Below the pieces are notes generated by a model that worked only from the letters and a program-made list of their open reading frames with translations, was not told where the DNA came from and made no database searches. From assembly GCA_034430775.1 (NCBI GenBank), contig DAOUDU010000178.1, positions 499 to 64,498 of the forward strand: a stretch of DNA of 64,000 nucleotides, in the 5' to 3' direction. Shown here piece after piece: positions 9,742 through 19,200 of the stretch (positions are counted from its first letter, which is position 1; every line of letters starts with the position of its first letter). Both the position numbers and the translations under genes were made by a program. Source of the DNA: Anaerolineales bacterium. GTDB lineage: Bacteria > Chloroflexota > Anaerolineae > Anaerolineales > RBG-16-64-43.

Positions 9742-11061
9742 ATGGAAGGGTTCTTGCTCGAAATCATCCTCCTGCTCTTCTTGATCGTACTCAACGGATT
9801 ATTCGCAATGTCGGAATTCGCCTTGGTCTCCGCGCGCAAATCCCGGTTGCAGCCGCTGGCGGATAATGGCAACGAGAGCGCGCGGACCGCGCTGGAACTG
9901 GTGGAACACCCGGACCGGTTCCTGGCCACAATCCAGATCGGCATTACACTAATCGGAACGCTGGCCGGCGCCATAGGCGGGGCGACGCTCGCCCACAAGC
10001 TGGCGGATTGGCTCGCCGTTCTTCCCTGGCTTGTCCCTTATGCCGAAGCGATTGCTTTTTCGCTGGTCGTCCTGACTCTAACCTTCCTGACCCTGGTTAT
10101 TGGAGAACTGGTTCCCAAGCAACTGGCGCTGCATTCGTCCGAGCGGCTGGCCATGTTGATGGCCGGTCCGATGCGCGGGTTGTCGCACCTGGCTTCCCCG
10201 CTGGTCCGCGTTCTGGCCGGCTCCTCCAATCTCGTCGTCCGGATGCTTGGAATCCGACCCGCTGTCGAACCGCCCGTAACCGAGGATGAGATTAATTTTC
10301 TGATCGAGCAGGGTACGCAGGCGGGCATTTTCGAAGAAGCCGAGCAGGAGATGGTGGAAGGCGTGTTCCGCCTGGGAGACCAGCGCGTGGGCGCGCTCAT
10401 GACCCCGCGACCGGATATTGACTGGATCGATCTGGATGAACCGCCGGATGTCCTCCACGACCAGATTCTCAACAGTCACCGCACGCGTTTTCCGGTTTCA
10501 CAGGGCGAGCTGGACAACGTAATCGGGATCCTGCATACCAAGGACCTTCTGGCCCAGGGGTTTTCCTGCGAGCCCACGGATCTGCGGAAACTTCTCCGCC
10601 CGCCTGTATTCATTCCGGAAAGCGCCGAGGCCCTCCAGGCGCTGAAGCAATTCAAGGAGACCGGCGTGCATGTCGCAATCGTCACCGACGAGTTCGGCAG
10701 CGTGGCCGGTGTGATCACCAATACCGACATCCTCGAAGCGATCGTCGGGGATCTGCCCGCCCGGGGCGAGCCGAACGAGCCGGAAGCGTTGCTGCGCGAG
10801 GACGGCACCTGGCTGATGGGCGGCGCGCTGAGCATTGAAGAGATGAAAGACATGCTCGAAATAGACCATCTGCCCGACGAAGAAGATGGAACGTTTCAAA
10901 CCGTCGGCGGATTCGTGATGGCCAAACTCGGCGAGGTTCCGCATGTCGGTGATCATCTCGATTGGGGCGGCTTCCGCTTCGAGGTGGTGGATATGGACCA
11001 ACGCCGGGTGGACAAGGTGCTGGTGACCCCGCTCCCCCCAGAAGAGAAAAGCGAACCCTAA
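9742..11061 (+). CDS. CNNM/HlyC-CorC family membrane protein (DUF21, CBS pair and CorC_HlyC domains).
   Basis: 439-aa ORF. The N-terminus LNGLFAMSEFALVSARKSRL is typical of DUF21. A CBS region and the C-terminal segment FQTVGGFVMAKLGEVPHVGDHLDWGGFRFEVVDMDQRRVDKVLV follow. Confidence 0.85.
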   Translation: MEGFLLEIILLLFLIVLNGLFAMSEFALVSARKSRLQPLADNGNESARTALELVEHPDRFLATIQIGITLIGTLAGAIGGATLAHKLADWLAVLPWLVPYAEAIAFSLVVLTLTFLTLVIGELVPKQLALHSSERLAMLMAGPMRGLSHLASPLVRVLAGSSNLVVRMLGIRPAVEPPVTEDEINFLIEQGTQAGIFEEAEQEMVEGVFRLGDQRVGALMTPRPDIDWIDLDEPPDVLHDQILNSHRTRFPVSQGELDNVIGILHTKDLLAQGFSCEPTDLRKLLRPPVFIPESAEALQALKQFKETGVHVAIVTDEFGSVAGVITNTDILEAIVGDLPARGEPNEPEALLREDGTWLMGGALSIEEMKDMLEIDHLPDEEDGTFQTVGGFVMAKLGEVPHVGDHLDWGGFRFEVVDMDQRRVDKVLVTPLPPEEKSEP

Positions 11062-11151
11062 CCCCTTTTTACCTGTAAAGACACAGGGGGCGGAGAGTTT
11101 TATTATAAATCTTGGCGTTCCCTGCGCCTCTGCGGTTGGAACTTTTTCTAA

Positions 11152-11183
11152 ACGGACACGCCGCCCAAGGGCGGCGTGTCCGT
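11152..11183. terminator. Perfect 14-bp GC-rich hairpin between convergent genes; candidate bidirectional terminator.
   Basis: The sequence is ACGGACACGCCGCC-caag-GGCGGCGTGTCCGT. It lies between the CNNM gene stop (11061) and the trpB2 stop (11215), with only short T runs on either side. Confidence 0.55.
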
Positions 11184-11214
11184 CTTAATCACATTCCCTC
11201 CCTCGGGAATATTC

Positions 11215-12594
11215 TTAAGCCTTCGATCCGTTCGGAACCTTCGGGAGATCCTTTTCCGCCTCAGCCACCGCTTCAGCGGGATACTCGTAATCTTCCAGCC
11301 CGCCGTGGTTGAACACATCGTACGCAGCCAAATCGAGCAACCCATGGCCCGAGAAGTTGAAGATGATGACTTTCTTCTTGCCTTCCTTCTTGGCCTTCAA
11401 TGCCTCGTTGATTACGACGCGGATGGCGTGTGATGTTTCCGGCGCCGGAGTGCTGCCTTCGGCCTGCAGGAACTGCTTGGCGGCCTTGAAGGTTTCAACC
11501 TGGTGTACCGCAACCGCTTCGATCAGCTTATTGGCGTACAGTCCCGACACCAGCGGCGACATGCCATGGTAGCGCAATCCGCCGGCGTGGATCCCGGGCG
11601 GGATGAACCCGTGGCCGAGAGTGTACATCTTCACCACCGGGGCCATCTTGGCGCTGTCGCCGTAATCGTAAGCGTACATGCCCTTGGTCATCGACGGGCA
11701 GGCAAGCGGTTCGACCGCGATGATGCGGGTCTTTCTGCCGTTTGTAATATTTTCGCGGACGAACGGGAAAGCCAAGCCGGCAAAATTACTGCCGCCGCCC
11801 ACGCAGCCGATTACCACATCCGGATACTCCCCGGCCATCTCCATCTGTTTGAGCGCTTCTTCGCCGATCACCGTCTGGTGCATGAGCACATGGTTGAGGA
11901 CCGAACCGAGCGCATAGCGCTTGGCGCCGCCGGAGGTGGCCGCCACTTCGACCGCCTCGGAGATGGCCATGCCCAGCGATCCGCTGTTCTGAGGATCCTT
12001 CTTGAGCACCCCCCGACCGTATTCGGTGCGGTCGGTCGGGCTGGCAAACACCTGGGCGCCGAAGTTCTCCATCAGGACCCGCCGGTACGGTTTCTGCTGG
12101 AAGGAAATCTTGACCATGTAGACTTCCAGGTCGATCCCGAAGAAGTTGCAGCCCATGGCGATGGCTGAACCCCACTGCCCGGCTCCGGTCTCGGTCGTCA
12201 GCGCCTTGGTTCCGGCTTCCTTATTATAGAAGGCCTGGGCCACGGCTGTATTCGGTTTATGGGAACCGACCGGACTCACGCTTTCGTTCTTGAAGTAGAT
12301 GTGCGCCGGCGTGTCGAGCGCCTTCTCCAGCTGGATCGCGCGGATCAGGGGAGTCGGCCGCCAGAGTTTGTAGATATCCCGGACCGGTTCAGGGATCTCG
12401 ATATAGCGCTCGGGGCTGACTTCCTGCATAATCAGGTTCATCGGGAACAGCACCGAGAGGAAATCCGGCGTGACCGGTTCAAGCGTCCCCGGATGCAGCG
12501 GCGGCGACTGCGGGTAGGGGAGATCCGGCTGGATGTTGTACCAGGCCTTTGGGATCTCGTGTTCGCCTAGATGGAACTTCGATTTGTCGGTCAT
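11215..12594 (-). CDS. TrpB2-type (TrpB-like) PLP-dependent tryptophan synthase beta-chain homolog.
   Basis: Supporting segments are ...[25 protein letters not shown] (PLP lysine context), [11 protein letters not shown] and [12 protein letters not shown]. The start is set at ATG 12594 ([20 protein letters not shown]), preceded by a GGAGG Shine-Dalgarno sequence. The longer track ORF (to 12879) runs through the T-box leader. Confidence 0.85.
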   Translation of the reverse strand: MTDKSKFHLGEHEIPKAWYNIQPDLPYPQSPPLHPGTLEPVTPDFLSVLFPMNLIMQEVSPERYIEIPEPVRDIYKLWRPTPLIRAIQLEKALDTPAHIYFKNESVSPVGSHKPNTAVAQAFYNKEAGTKALTTETGAGQWGSAIAMGCNFFGIDLEVYMVKISFQQKPYRRVLMENFGAQVFASPTDRTEYGRGVLKKDPQNSGSLGMAISEAVEVAATSGGAKRYALGSVLNHVLMHQTVIGEEALKQMEMAGEYPDVVIGCVGGGSNFAGLAFPFVRENITNGRKTRIIAVEPLACPSMTKGMYAYDYGDSAKMAPVVKMYTLGHGFIPPGIHAGGLRYHGMSPLVSGLYANKLIEAVAVHQVETFKAAKQFLQAEGSTPAPETSHAIRVVINEALKAKKEGKKKVIIFNFSGHGLLDLAAYDVFNHGGLEDYEYPAEAVAEAEKDLPKVPNGSKA

Positions 12595-12599
12595 ATCTC

Positions 12600-12958
12600 C
12601 TCCATAAGATTGGATGTTCGAATAAATTCTCGATCCGGCATCGGGCCGTTGTGCGGTCCGGTGGAAATACAAAAGCCCATCCCATTCTTGGGACGGGCTT
12701 TTCGCTCGTGGTGCCACCCAAGTTCGGCCTGTTCGGCAAACACAAAACCCTGCGTGAATATGCCAGGTTTGATTTGCCAGCCTCACTCGTCGGGGTGCCC
12801 GGATGTAATCCGAACGACCCCCCGCCTGATAACGGTGGCGGTTCCGGCGCGGACTACAGCTTCCGCCTTCGCCCTGCAACTCCGAGGTCCATTCCGCGTT
12901 TACGCTTCCGCCGGTTTTCCACCTTTATACCGGCTCTCTGAGGAGCGCACATCGCGTA
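12600..12958 (-). promoter_or_regulatory. T-box riboswitch leader, tryptophan (UGG) specific, controlling trpB2.
   Basis: Read on the minus strand. Stem I has the AGAGAG motif and a distal loop GGTGGAAAA. The specifier loop is GAA-UGG-A, with the codon being the reverse complement of 12889..12891. The T-box sequence is cttGGGTGGCACCACGAGCG (12707..12719). The terminator hairpin AAAAGCCCGTCCCAagaaTGGGATGGGCTTTTGT (12671..12702) overlaps the antiterminator 3' half. Confidence 0.8.
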
Positions 12959-13279
12959 CTCGTCCTCATCAACGTTTTTTTATTATTTTTTTCAATGAAC
13001 GCTGAGTATATCCCATCGGACGGGACTGTCAAGCGGAACGGTAAAACGGTTCACTTCAGGGCGGCAACCTCCCAATGCCACGAATATGCTGTGGATTAAT
13101 TAGAAAAGGCGGTTTTGGTGTTTTAATCCGACATCAGTAAGGTCAATCTTTTTCCAATATTACCGATATATCCAAGTTCTGGGTATTCCTCTTCGAATAA
13201 CCCGATTTATGGCGATTGACTTGAATAGAACATTTGTGCTATTGTTCCATTACCTCAATAATCCAACTCTAATTGTGAA

Positions 13280-13549
13280 ATGTCCGAGGTTGCTATGGAA
13301 CACATAATCGATCCCATCCCACAAACCTTGCTTCATGAATCCGCAGCCGTTTCCTATTCCACGCTCACCCGGCGCGAGCGCGAGGTTCTAACGCTGATCG
13401 CCGCCGGGCACACCAACCGCGAGATGGCGGAAAGCCTGGTGGTCTCGCCGGAGACTGTTAAAACACACGTCCGCCACGTGCTTAACAAATTCGGGGTCGC
13501 GCGCAAGGCCGAGATCTGCGCGCTGATTCAGGGGGCAAGGTACCAGTAG
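13280..13549 (+). CDS. Small stand-alone LuxR/GerE-type helix-turn-helix transcription regulator.
   Basis: 89-aa ORF containing LTRREREVLTLIAAGHTNREMAESLVVSPETVKTHVRHVLNKFGV. There is no receiver or ligand domain. Confidence 0.8.
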   Translation: MSEVAMEHIIDPIPQTLLHESAAVSYSTLTRREREVLTLIAAGHTNREMAESLVVSPETVKTHVRHVLNKFGVARKAEICALIQGARYQ

Positions 13550-13873
13550 GAAGTCGCCGATGGTGAATTATACCGTCAGGGGGATGCGCGATATGGCGGT
13601 AGACAGCCGGCGCCCGGAATTTTCGGGCGCCGATGCTTTTTAGTAGGGCGGATTGCATACCTGGAGACTTCGTCGCGGTTGGAGCATGGGTCGGTATAGA
13701 TACTATTGTTTCGGTCAAGGCTTGTGTATGCGTCGGTGTGCCGGTTTCGCCGGCGGTCGCGGCGGGAGAACAGGAGGAAACCGGCCATGCGGTACAAGCC
13801 ACCGCAATAGAAACTGACACTTTACTTTTCATAAGCCGACCTCACTCCATCGCGCGCTGATCTGCGGGATGAC

Positions 13874-13940
13874 GTAGGGTTGGTTGAAGCGAAGAAATTC
13901 CATGATAAGAGCAAGTTCGCCTTGCTTCAACCCACCCTAC
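13874..13940 (+). repeat. 67-bp palindromic element, copy A.
   Basis: The sequence is GTAGGGTTGGTTGAAGC-N33-GCTTCAACCCACCCTAC. The arms are reverse complements with one mismatch. The AT-rich loop contains aattccatgataa. It is homologous to 20404..20469. Confidence 0.7.
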
Positions 13941-14209
13941 ACCCCGCTTTCTCACGCGCGCTGTTAACGTTTACTAATATACGAAATATTGATGTCTAAT
14001 ACGTTACTTGGTTGTTTCTATTTGGTTACAAGGGTATAAAGCAGGGAATTGGGGGTTTATGAAATCTCCTGATTTTCTTTGCGTCATAGCGCCCTGGCGC
14101 CCTCGCGTTTTGCCTTCACCGCCAAGGGGCATATCCACTCAAGCTTTCAAACCAGTCGCGGCTAAAAACAACCTTACCCATTTATGTTATCTGTTTGTCT
14201 TCATGAATA

Positions 14210-14899
14210 TCAACTTCTCCCAATCTTATACACCAACTCCAACCCTTTAAACCCAAAATGTATCTTATCGCCGTCCTGGAGAACCCGCGATTCCCCAGCC
14301 GGTACTTCCACTCCGTTAATAAATGTCCCGTTGGTGGTTTTTTCCGGTTTTATCGACAATCCCTCTTTAGCCTTCTCAATCACTGCATGCCGCCGCGAGA
14401 TGACCATCTTGCTGTCCCATTCCGCCAGGTCGATGTCCGGCGTGCTGCCCTTCCCGGAACGGCCAATCGTGACGGGCGATTTACTGAGGAGGAAGACCAG
14501 TCCGCGCGGGCCCATCAGGTGCGGTTGCTGCAGGATCTCCTGTGCGCGTGCGGCCGCCGCCGCGTTTTCGGCGGACTCAGGCTTGGGTTCAACAGCGCCG
14601 GTTGCGGCCTTCTCCGCCACCTGTCTTACGGAAGCGGCCTGCGCCTCACGGTGGCAAAGAAACAACAAATCGGAACTGGTTACTCCCGCATTTTTAAGCG
14701 TTTCTCCATCCGGCAACCGTTCACCCTCGTCCGTTTCCAGGAAGAACGTATCCCGGGGGACGTCTGCCAGCTCCTTCCAGCCGACAACCTGGACCAGATC
14801 CGGGATCAATTCCTGGATCGGCTGGTCGCCGGGTAACTCCAACAGGATGCGGTCTTTTCGGCGGCGGGATCCGATAGTTACGAAAAGTCGTTGGGCCAT
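14210..14899 (-). CDS. YukD/EsaB-like ubiquitin-fold domain fused to a C-terminal FHA domain; putative T7SS accessory protein.
   Basis: 229-aa ORF. The N-terminus LFVTIGSRRRKDRILLELPGDQPIQELIPDLVQVVGW...LETDEGERLPDGETLKNAGVTSSDLLFL matches the beta-grasp pattern of T7SS ubiquitin-like proteins. The C-terminus VTIGRS...DIDLAEWDSKMVISRRHAVIE...NGTFINGVEV...LQDGDKIHFG is an FHA signature. Confidence 0.7.
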   Translation of the reverse strand: MAQRLFVTIGSRRRKDRILLELPGDQPIQELIPDLVQVVGWKELADVPRDTFFLETDEGERLPDGETLKNAGVTSSDLLFLCHREAQAASVRQVAEKAATGAVEPKPESAENAAAAARAQEILQQPHLMGPRGLVFLLSKSPVTIGRSGKGSTPDIDLAEWDSKMVISRRHAVIEKAKEGLSIKPEKTTNGTFINGVEVPAGESRVLQDGDKIHFGFKGLELVYKIGRS

Positions 14900-15149
14900 A
14901 GAAAATCCATACCTTGCTGCGAATGATGATATTCCCGAAGCGAAATGTTGGCAATCCTCGGTTCTCGGCTGGAATCTTTTCCTGTTCGGGCCGAGAGGTT
15001 TTCGAAGGAGGCTGGGATTCGGGGAATCTACGATCTCGACTTAACGCCGCGGGCTTTCCGCATTTCGTCGAAGGTCATCGGTATTTCCTCTGGTCCGATT
15101 CCCCTTTTTATCCAGGAGGTCAATAAAAAACAAAAAACACCCCCCCTCA

Positions 15150-15178
15150 TTGACAATTCGATTTTTCCATTATATTAT
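15150..15178 (+). promoter_or_regulatory. Sigma-70-type promoter for the WXG/eccC-like operon.
   Basis: TTGACA (15150..15155), a 17-nt spacer, then TATTAT (15173..15178). It lies about 25 nt upstream of the ATG at 15203. Confidence 0.55.
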
Positions 15179-15202
15179 AGCCATACGTCTACGGGGGTCA
15201 TA

Positions 15203-15505
15203 ATGTCTCCTGTTAAGTACAAGATAATCCATATACAGACCCATCCGCCGGAAGCGGATGCGCTTGCCGATTCCCGCGCCGAAGCATCCCGTTCGGCGCT
15301 TGCATATACCGATGAGCTTGTCAAGGCGCCGTCGGAAATGGATTCCGGCTGGCAGGAAGAACAAAAGAATCGTTTTTGGGATTCCTTCCGGCCGCTTATT
15401 TCCGAATCCAGGGAATACGCCCTCAGCAGCTTGCAGGAGATTGAGAAGTGGTTTCCCGCGATCCCGGTGGACGCGGAAGAACAGATGCCCGTCTGCCCGC
15501 CGTAA
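15203..15505 (+). CDS. WXG100-like small helical protein (100 aa) with a degenerate W-x-G motif (SGWQE); paralog of 22188..22514.
   Basis: The start is set at the internal ATG 15203 (MSPVKYKIIHIQTHPPEAD...). It shares HP(P/S)EAD and DSGW(Q/E)..QK.RF with the 22.2-kb gene. Size and predicted helical character fit the WXG100 superfamily. Confidence 0.6.
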   Translation: MSPVKYKIIHIQTHPPEADALADSRAEASRSALAYTDELVKAPSEMDSGWQEEQKNRFWDSFRPLISESREYALSSLQEIEKWFPAIPVDAEEQMPVCPP

Positions 15506-15548
15506 TATTTTCATGCGGCGGGGTCTACAGTACGGAAAAGGGGGAAAG

Positions 15549-15809
15549 ATGGCTATGCGGTTGTATTCGGAAAACATTCGCCGGTTCGTCGAGGAGGTAT
15601 CCATCCATCCGTCGGGGAAGCCGACCGGCTGGAAGGATCAGGGGATCACGGAAAAAGCGACTCCTCGCGTGCAGGGAGGCAGTGTATCGCGGACGCCGCT
15701 GAATGCCTGCCGCGAGGAAAGAAAGGGGGTGAAGGTGTGTTCGACCGCCGCGGAAAAGGCGGCGCGGCTCTCGCGAATACAAACGGATGCGCTTCCAAAC
15801 GTCCATTAA
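15549..15809 (+). CDS. Hypothetical 86-aa protein inside the WXG/eccC-like operon.
   Basis: The ATG is preceded by aaagggggaaag, a Shine-Dalgarno-like sequence. Third codon positions are GC-rich. The product is MAMRLYSENIRRFVEEVSIHPSGKPTGWKDQG... No recognisable domain was seen. Confidence 0.35.
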   Translation: MAMRLYSENIRRFVEEVSIHPSGKPTGWKDQGITEKATPRVQGGSVSRTPLNACREERKGVKVCSTAAEKAARLSRIQTDALPNVH

Positions 15810-15841
15810 TCGAAATTCTAAAAAACCGTTAAGGAGGAACC

Positions 15842-16111
15842 ATGCCGCAGATTCGAGTTGATCCCGAAGAAGTAAAGCGCGTTGCGAAAGATGTAAAGTC
15901 CAAGAAAGATACAATGGAAGATGCCATCAATCGCGCGAAGTCGACGATGCAACAATTACAGCCCAATTTCACCGGAAAACGCTCGAAGCGTATATTCGAG
16001 GAATGGGAAGGCATGCAGCCCAAACTGAAAGACGCCATGCAGACGTTCCTACAAGCGAGCGAACTCCTCGAAAGAGCGGGCGTCGATTTCGAAAACACCG
16101 ACAACGCTTAA
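15842..16111 (+). CDS. WXG100 (ESAT-6/EsxA-like) family protein.
   Basis: 89 aa with a strong Shine-Dalgarno sequence (AAGGAGGaaccATG). It opens MPQIRVDPEEV and has a central W-x-G (IFEEWEGMQPKL). Two helical halves are predicted. Confidence 0.8.
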   Translation: MPQIRVDPEEVKRVAKDVKSKKDTMEDAINRAKSTMQQLQPNFTGKRSKRIFEEWEGMQPKLKDAMQTFLQASELLERAGVDFENTDNA

Positions 16112-16127
16112 GAACCCAGGCTTTCCA

Positions 16128-16162
16128 AAGCGCCGCGGAATTCTTCCACGGCGCTTTTATTC
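16128..16162 (+). terminator. Intrinsic terminator or attenuator between the WXG100 gene and the eccC-like gene.
   Basis: AAAGCGCCG-cggaattcttcca-CGGCGCTTT followed by TATT. It lies 17 nt after the WXG100 stop and 56 nt before the ATPase ATG. Confidence 0.5.
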
Positions 16163-16217
16163 CTCTTCAGAATAAGCCGCCTTGCTTTTTTTTCTCAAAA
16201 GCGAATATCATTCTGTC

Positions 16218-19200
16218 ATGCCCTTCAACCGCCCGCCCCGCATCCAACCGACGCTTTCCAAGGAAACAATTAAGATTCCCCCGCCGCCTCAACTGCCCCA
16301 GGAGCCGGGCGCCTTCAGCTGGATGACGATCGTGATCCCGCTGGGCGGGATCCTGTTGATGGTCGTTTTGATGGGCGCGATCGGCGGTTCCGGGGGTGGA
16401 TCGATGTATCTGCTCACCCTGCCGATGATGCTGGGCGGGTATATCCTGACATACTATGCCTTTCAAAATTCGAAAAAGGATTTTAAAAAGAAACTGACCG
16501 ACGGCAAGCGTGAGTACACCGCCCAGCTCCAGAAAACCGAAAACCACCTGTATTCCCTGCGCGAACGCGAGCAATCCGTCCTGCGGCGGATGAACCCGGA
16601 CCTCGAGGAGTGCCAGCGCCTGGCCGAGCGCCAGGACCCGCGCCTGGGCGAACGCCGTCCGGCCGACCCGGATTTCCTGATGCCGCGGCTTGGGACCGGC
16701 ATCCTGCCCACTTCGATCACCATCCAGCCGGCCGACATGGAAAAAGGATCATTGGAACTTGTAAAGGAGATGGAGCAGGCCAAAACGCTCGCGGAAAAAT
16801 TCGCGAACGTGCCGGACGTCCCAATCGTCATGCGTTTGATTCACACCGGTTCGGTCGGCATCGCCGGCAACCGCTCCGATACGGTCCGCGTCACACGCGC
16901 CATCCTTTGCCACCTCATCACCCACCACTGGTTCGCCGAAGTGCAATTGGGCGCGCTGGGCGAGAAGCAAACGCTGGCCGAGTGGCTCTGGCTGGCCACA
17001 GTCCCGCACGCTTCCACCGCCTTTGCCTGGCCGAAGGCCGATTTGCGCTTTTCCAATCCGGAATCCTGCACGGTGCTTCTGGAACTCGAGAAGGAGCTTA
17101 AGCGCCGGGAGCAGATCCTCGACGCCCGGAAGATGATCGGCGACACCTCCATCGTACCGCCGCTTCCCTGCCTGGTGATCGTGCTCGATTCCCTCCCGCA
17201 GACATTTTCCCATCCGGGGCTGGATCTTCTCCTGAGGAAGGGCAAGGCGCTCGGCGTGTTCGGGTTTTTCCTCACGCCGGATGCCGCCCAGACTCCGGGC
17301 GAGTGCGGCGCGATCCTGGACGTACGCCCGGGCAACCTCACCTATAAGGAATCCGGCGTAGGCGGTATCACAATCGACTGCCGGCCGGATTTCTGCGATT
17401 CCCCGCGGGCGGACTCCATCGCCCGCGCACTTGCCAAGGTGGATTGGGCCGAAAAAGAAGATCTCAGCCAGCCGCCCACAATGATCACCTTCCTGAAGAT
17501 GATGGAAACGGCGAAAGTGGAGGATCTGCCGGTTGAAAAATGGTGGAACGACGGATCGCCGTTCGGTTTCCTTCAGGCGCCGATCGGAAAGACCTCCGCC
17601 ACATCGGAGTTCATCTTCGACCTGCGCGATCAGGACGGTTCCCACGGGCCGCACGGCCTGCTCGGGGGCATGACCGGCTCCGGTAAAAGCGAAGTGCTTA
17701 AAACCCTGATCCTGGCGATGGCCGTCACCTCTCATCCCCACGATCTGAATTTCGCGCTGGTGGATTACAAGGGCGGCGCCGCGTTCAACGAATTGGCCAA
17801 GCTCCCGCATACCGTCGGCGTGATGACCGATATCGAATCCCACGCCTCCTACGCCGAACGGGTGCTGCTGGCGCTCGGCGGCGAACTGGAACGGCGCAAG
17901 GTGATCCTCGAACGGGCAAGGGCCGTCTTCAAATTCGGCCGCTCGCACGTTGACGACTACCGCACGATGAAGATCAAGCAGCCCCTTCCCCACCTGGTGA
18001 TCGTATTCGACGAGTTCGCCGAATTCAAGGCGCGCAATCCCGAGGAGAGCAAGCGGCTGATTAGCATCGCCCGGCTTGGGCGCTCGCTGGGCGTGCATTT
18101 GATCCTCGCCACCCAGAATATTTCCGCGGCGATCGATCCGCAGATTCTCCAGAACTCCAATTTTCGCGTCTGCCTGCGCACCAGTCAGCCGGAAGACAGC
18201 GTCCAAATGATCGGCATCCCCGACGCCATCCATCTGGTGCGGGGCCGGGCGTATTTCTATTCCACCGGGCGCTCGCTCGTGCAGATCGCCTACTGCGGCG
18301 GAAAATACACGGGCGACGGTGGGGAAAAACGTCCGGACCAATTGCTGGTGGTGCACCCCGGCGGTAAGAAGGAAACGGTGACCATGCCGTTCGCGCGCCT
18401 CGGCGATCCTTCCGGAAAGCCCGGCGATGTCCAGATTACGGAGGCCAATGCGATCGTCGACCGGCTGAACACCGCTATGAAAAACCTCAGCCTCCTCAAG
18501 CCGCCGCCCGTCTGGGCGGATCCGCTGCCGGACCGACTGTGTTCAACGGATCTGTTCCAAAACTTCTTTACCGGCGGATGGGACGGAAGCACCTGGCACC
18601 CCTGCCGGAGGTGGGAAGCCGCCGAAGAGAGCGGCGCGATCACTAATCCTGTGCTCGGCATTTGCGATGTTCCCCAGCGGCAGGAGCAGCCACTGTTCGA
18701 ACTTCCACTCGAGGAAGGCGGCGGTCATTTTCTCGTTTTCGGATCGGCCTCCTCGGGGAAAACAACCCTCTTAAAAACGCTGGCTGTTTCTATCGCCCGG
18801 ATGGTCTCGCCCGCCCAGGCGCAGATCTACATCCTGGATTTCGGCGGGCAATCGCACCTGCGCGTGCTGGAGAGTTTCCCGCACGTCGGCTCTGTGATCA
18901 CGCGTTTCGAAACGGAACGCGCGGAACGGCTGCTGCGGTTCGCGCAAACCGAGCTCAAACGCCGCAATGACCTCTTCCGGCGGAAGAATGTCGGTGCGGT
19001 CGCGGATTACAACCGCCTGCCGGAGGTCACGCCGCTCCCGGACCTGTTCTTCTTCATCGATAATTTTCTGGGGCTCAAACGGGTTTTCCAGCCGGAGTTC
19101 ATCAACGAAATTGCATCGCTGGTCGGCGGCAGCGCTTCGAGCGGCATCCACCTCGCGGTTGCCACGTATCTGCCGGGGGATTTGCCGGGCGATCTGCAAT

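Noticed and set aside
12595-12879. 5' extension of the TrpB2 ORF. Analogous extensions occur at 6815..7114 (histidine kinase), 47376..47942 (gdh), 53246..53377, 54718..54825, 37170..37577, 30651..30896, 55293..55439 (dnaA) and 61276..61326 (SWIM).
   Set aside because: The extensions run through a T-box leader, terminators or upstream genes. Internal starts give canonical N-termini, Shine-Dalgarno sequences or ATGA/GTGA coupling with the preceding gene.
13482-13832. 116-aa minus-strand ORF with a lipoprotein-like N-terminus (MKSKVSVSIAVACTAWPVSSC) and a Thr/Pro-rich region.
   Set aside because: It overlaps the 3' end of the LuxR-type gene by 68 nt. It has no Shine-Dalgarno sequence and its C-terminal half is Arg/Pro-rich junk. 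It cannot be supported from sequence alone, though a short secreted peptide is not excluded.
14184-15044. 286-aa plus-strand ORF and a 192-aa ORF at 14258..14836.
   Set aside because: It lies antisense to the FHA-domain gene, whose FHA signature validates the minus-strand frame.
16749-18356. 535-aa minus-strand ORF, and a 346-aa ORF at 18771..19811.
   Set aside because: It lies antisense to the EccC-like ATPase gene, whose Walker motifs and TM helices validate the plus-strand frame. The product is Arg/Gly/His-rich and low in complexity.
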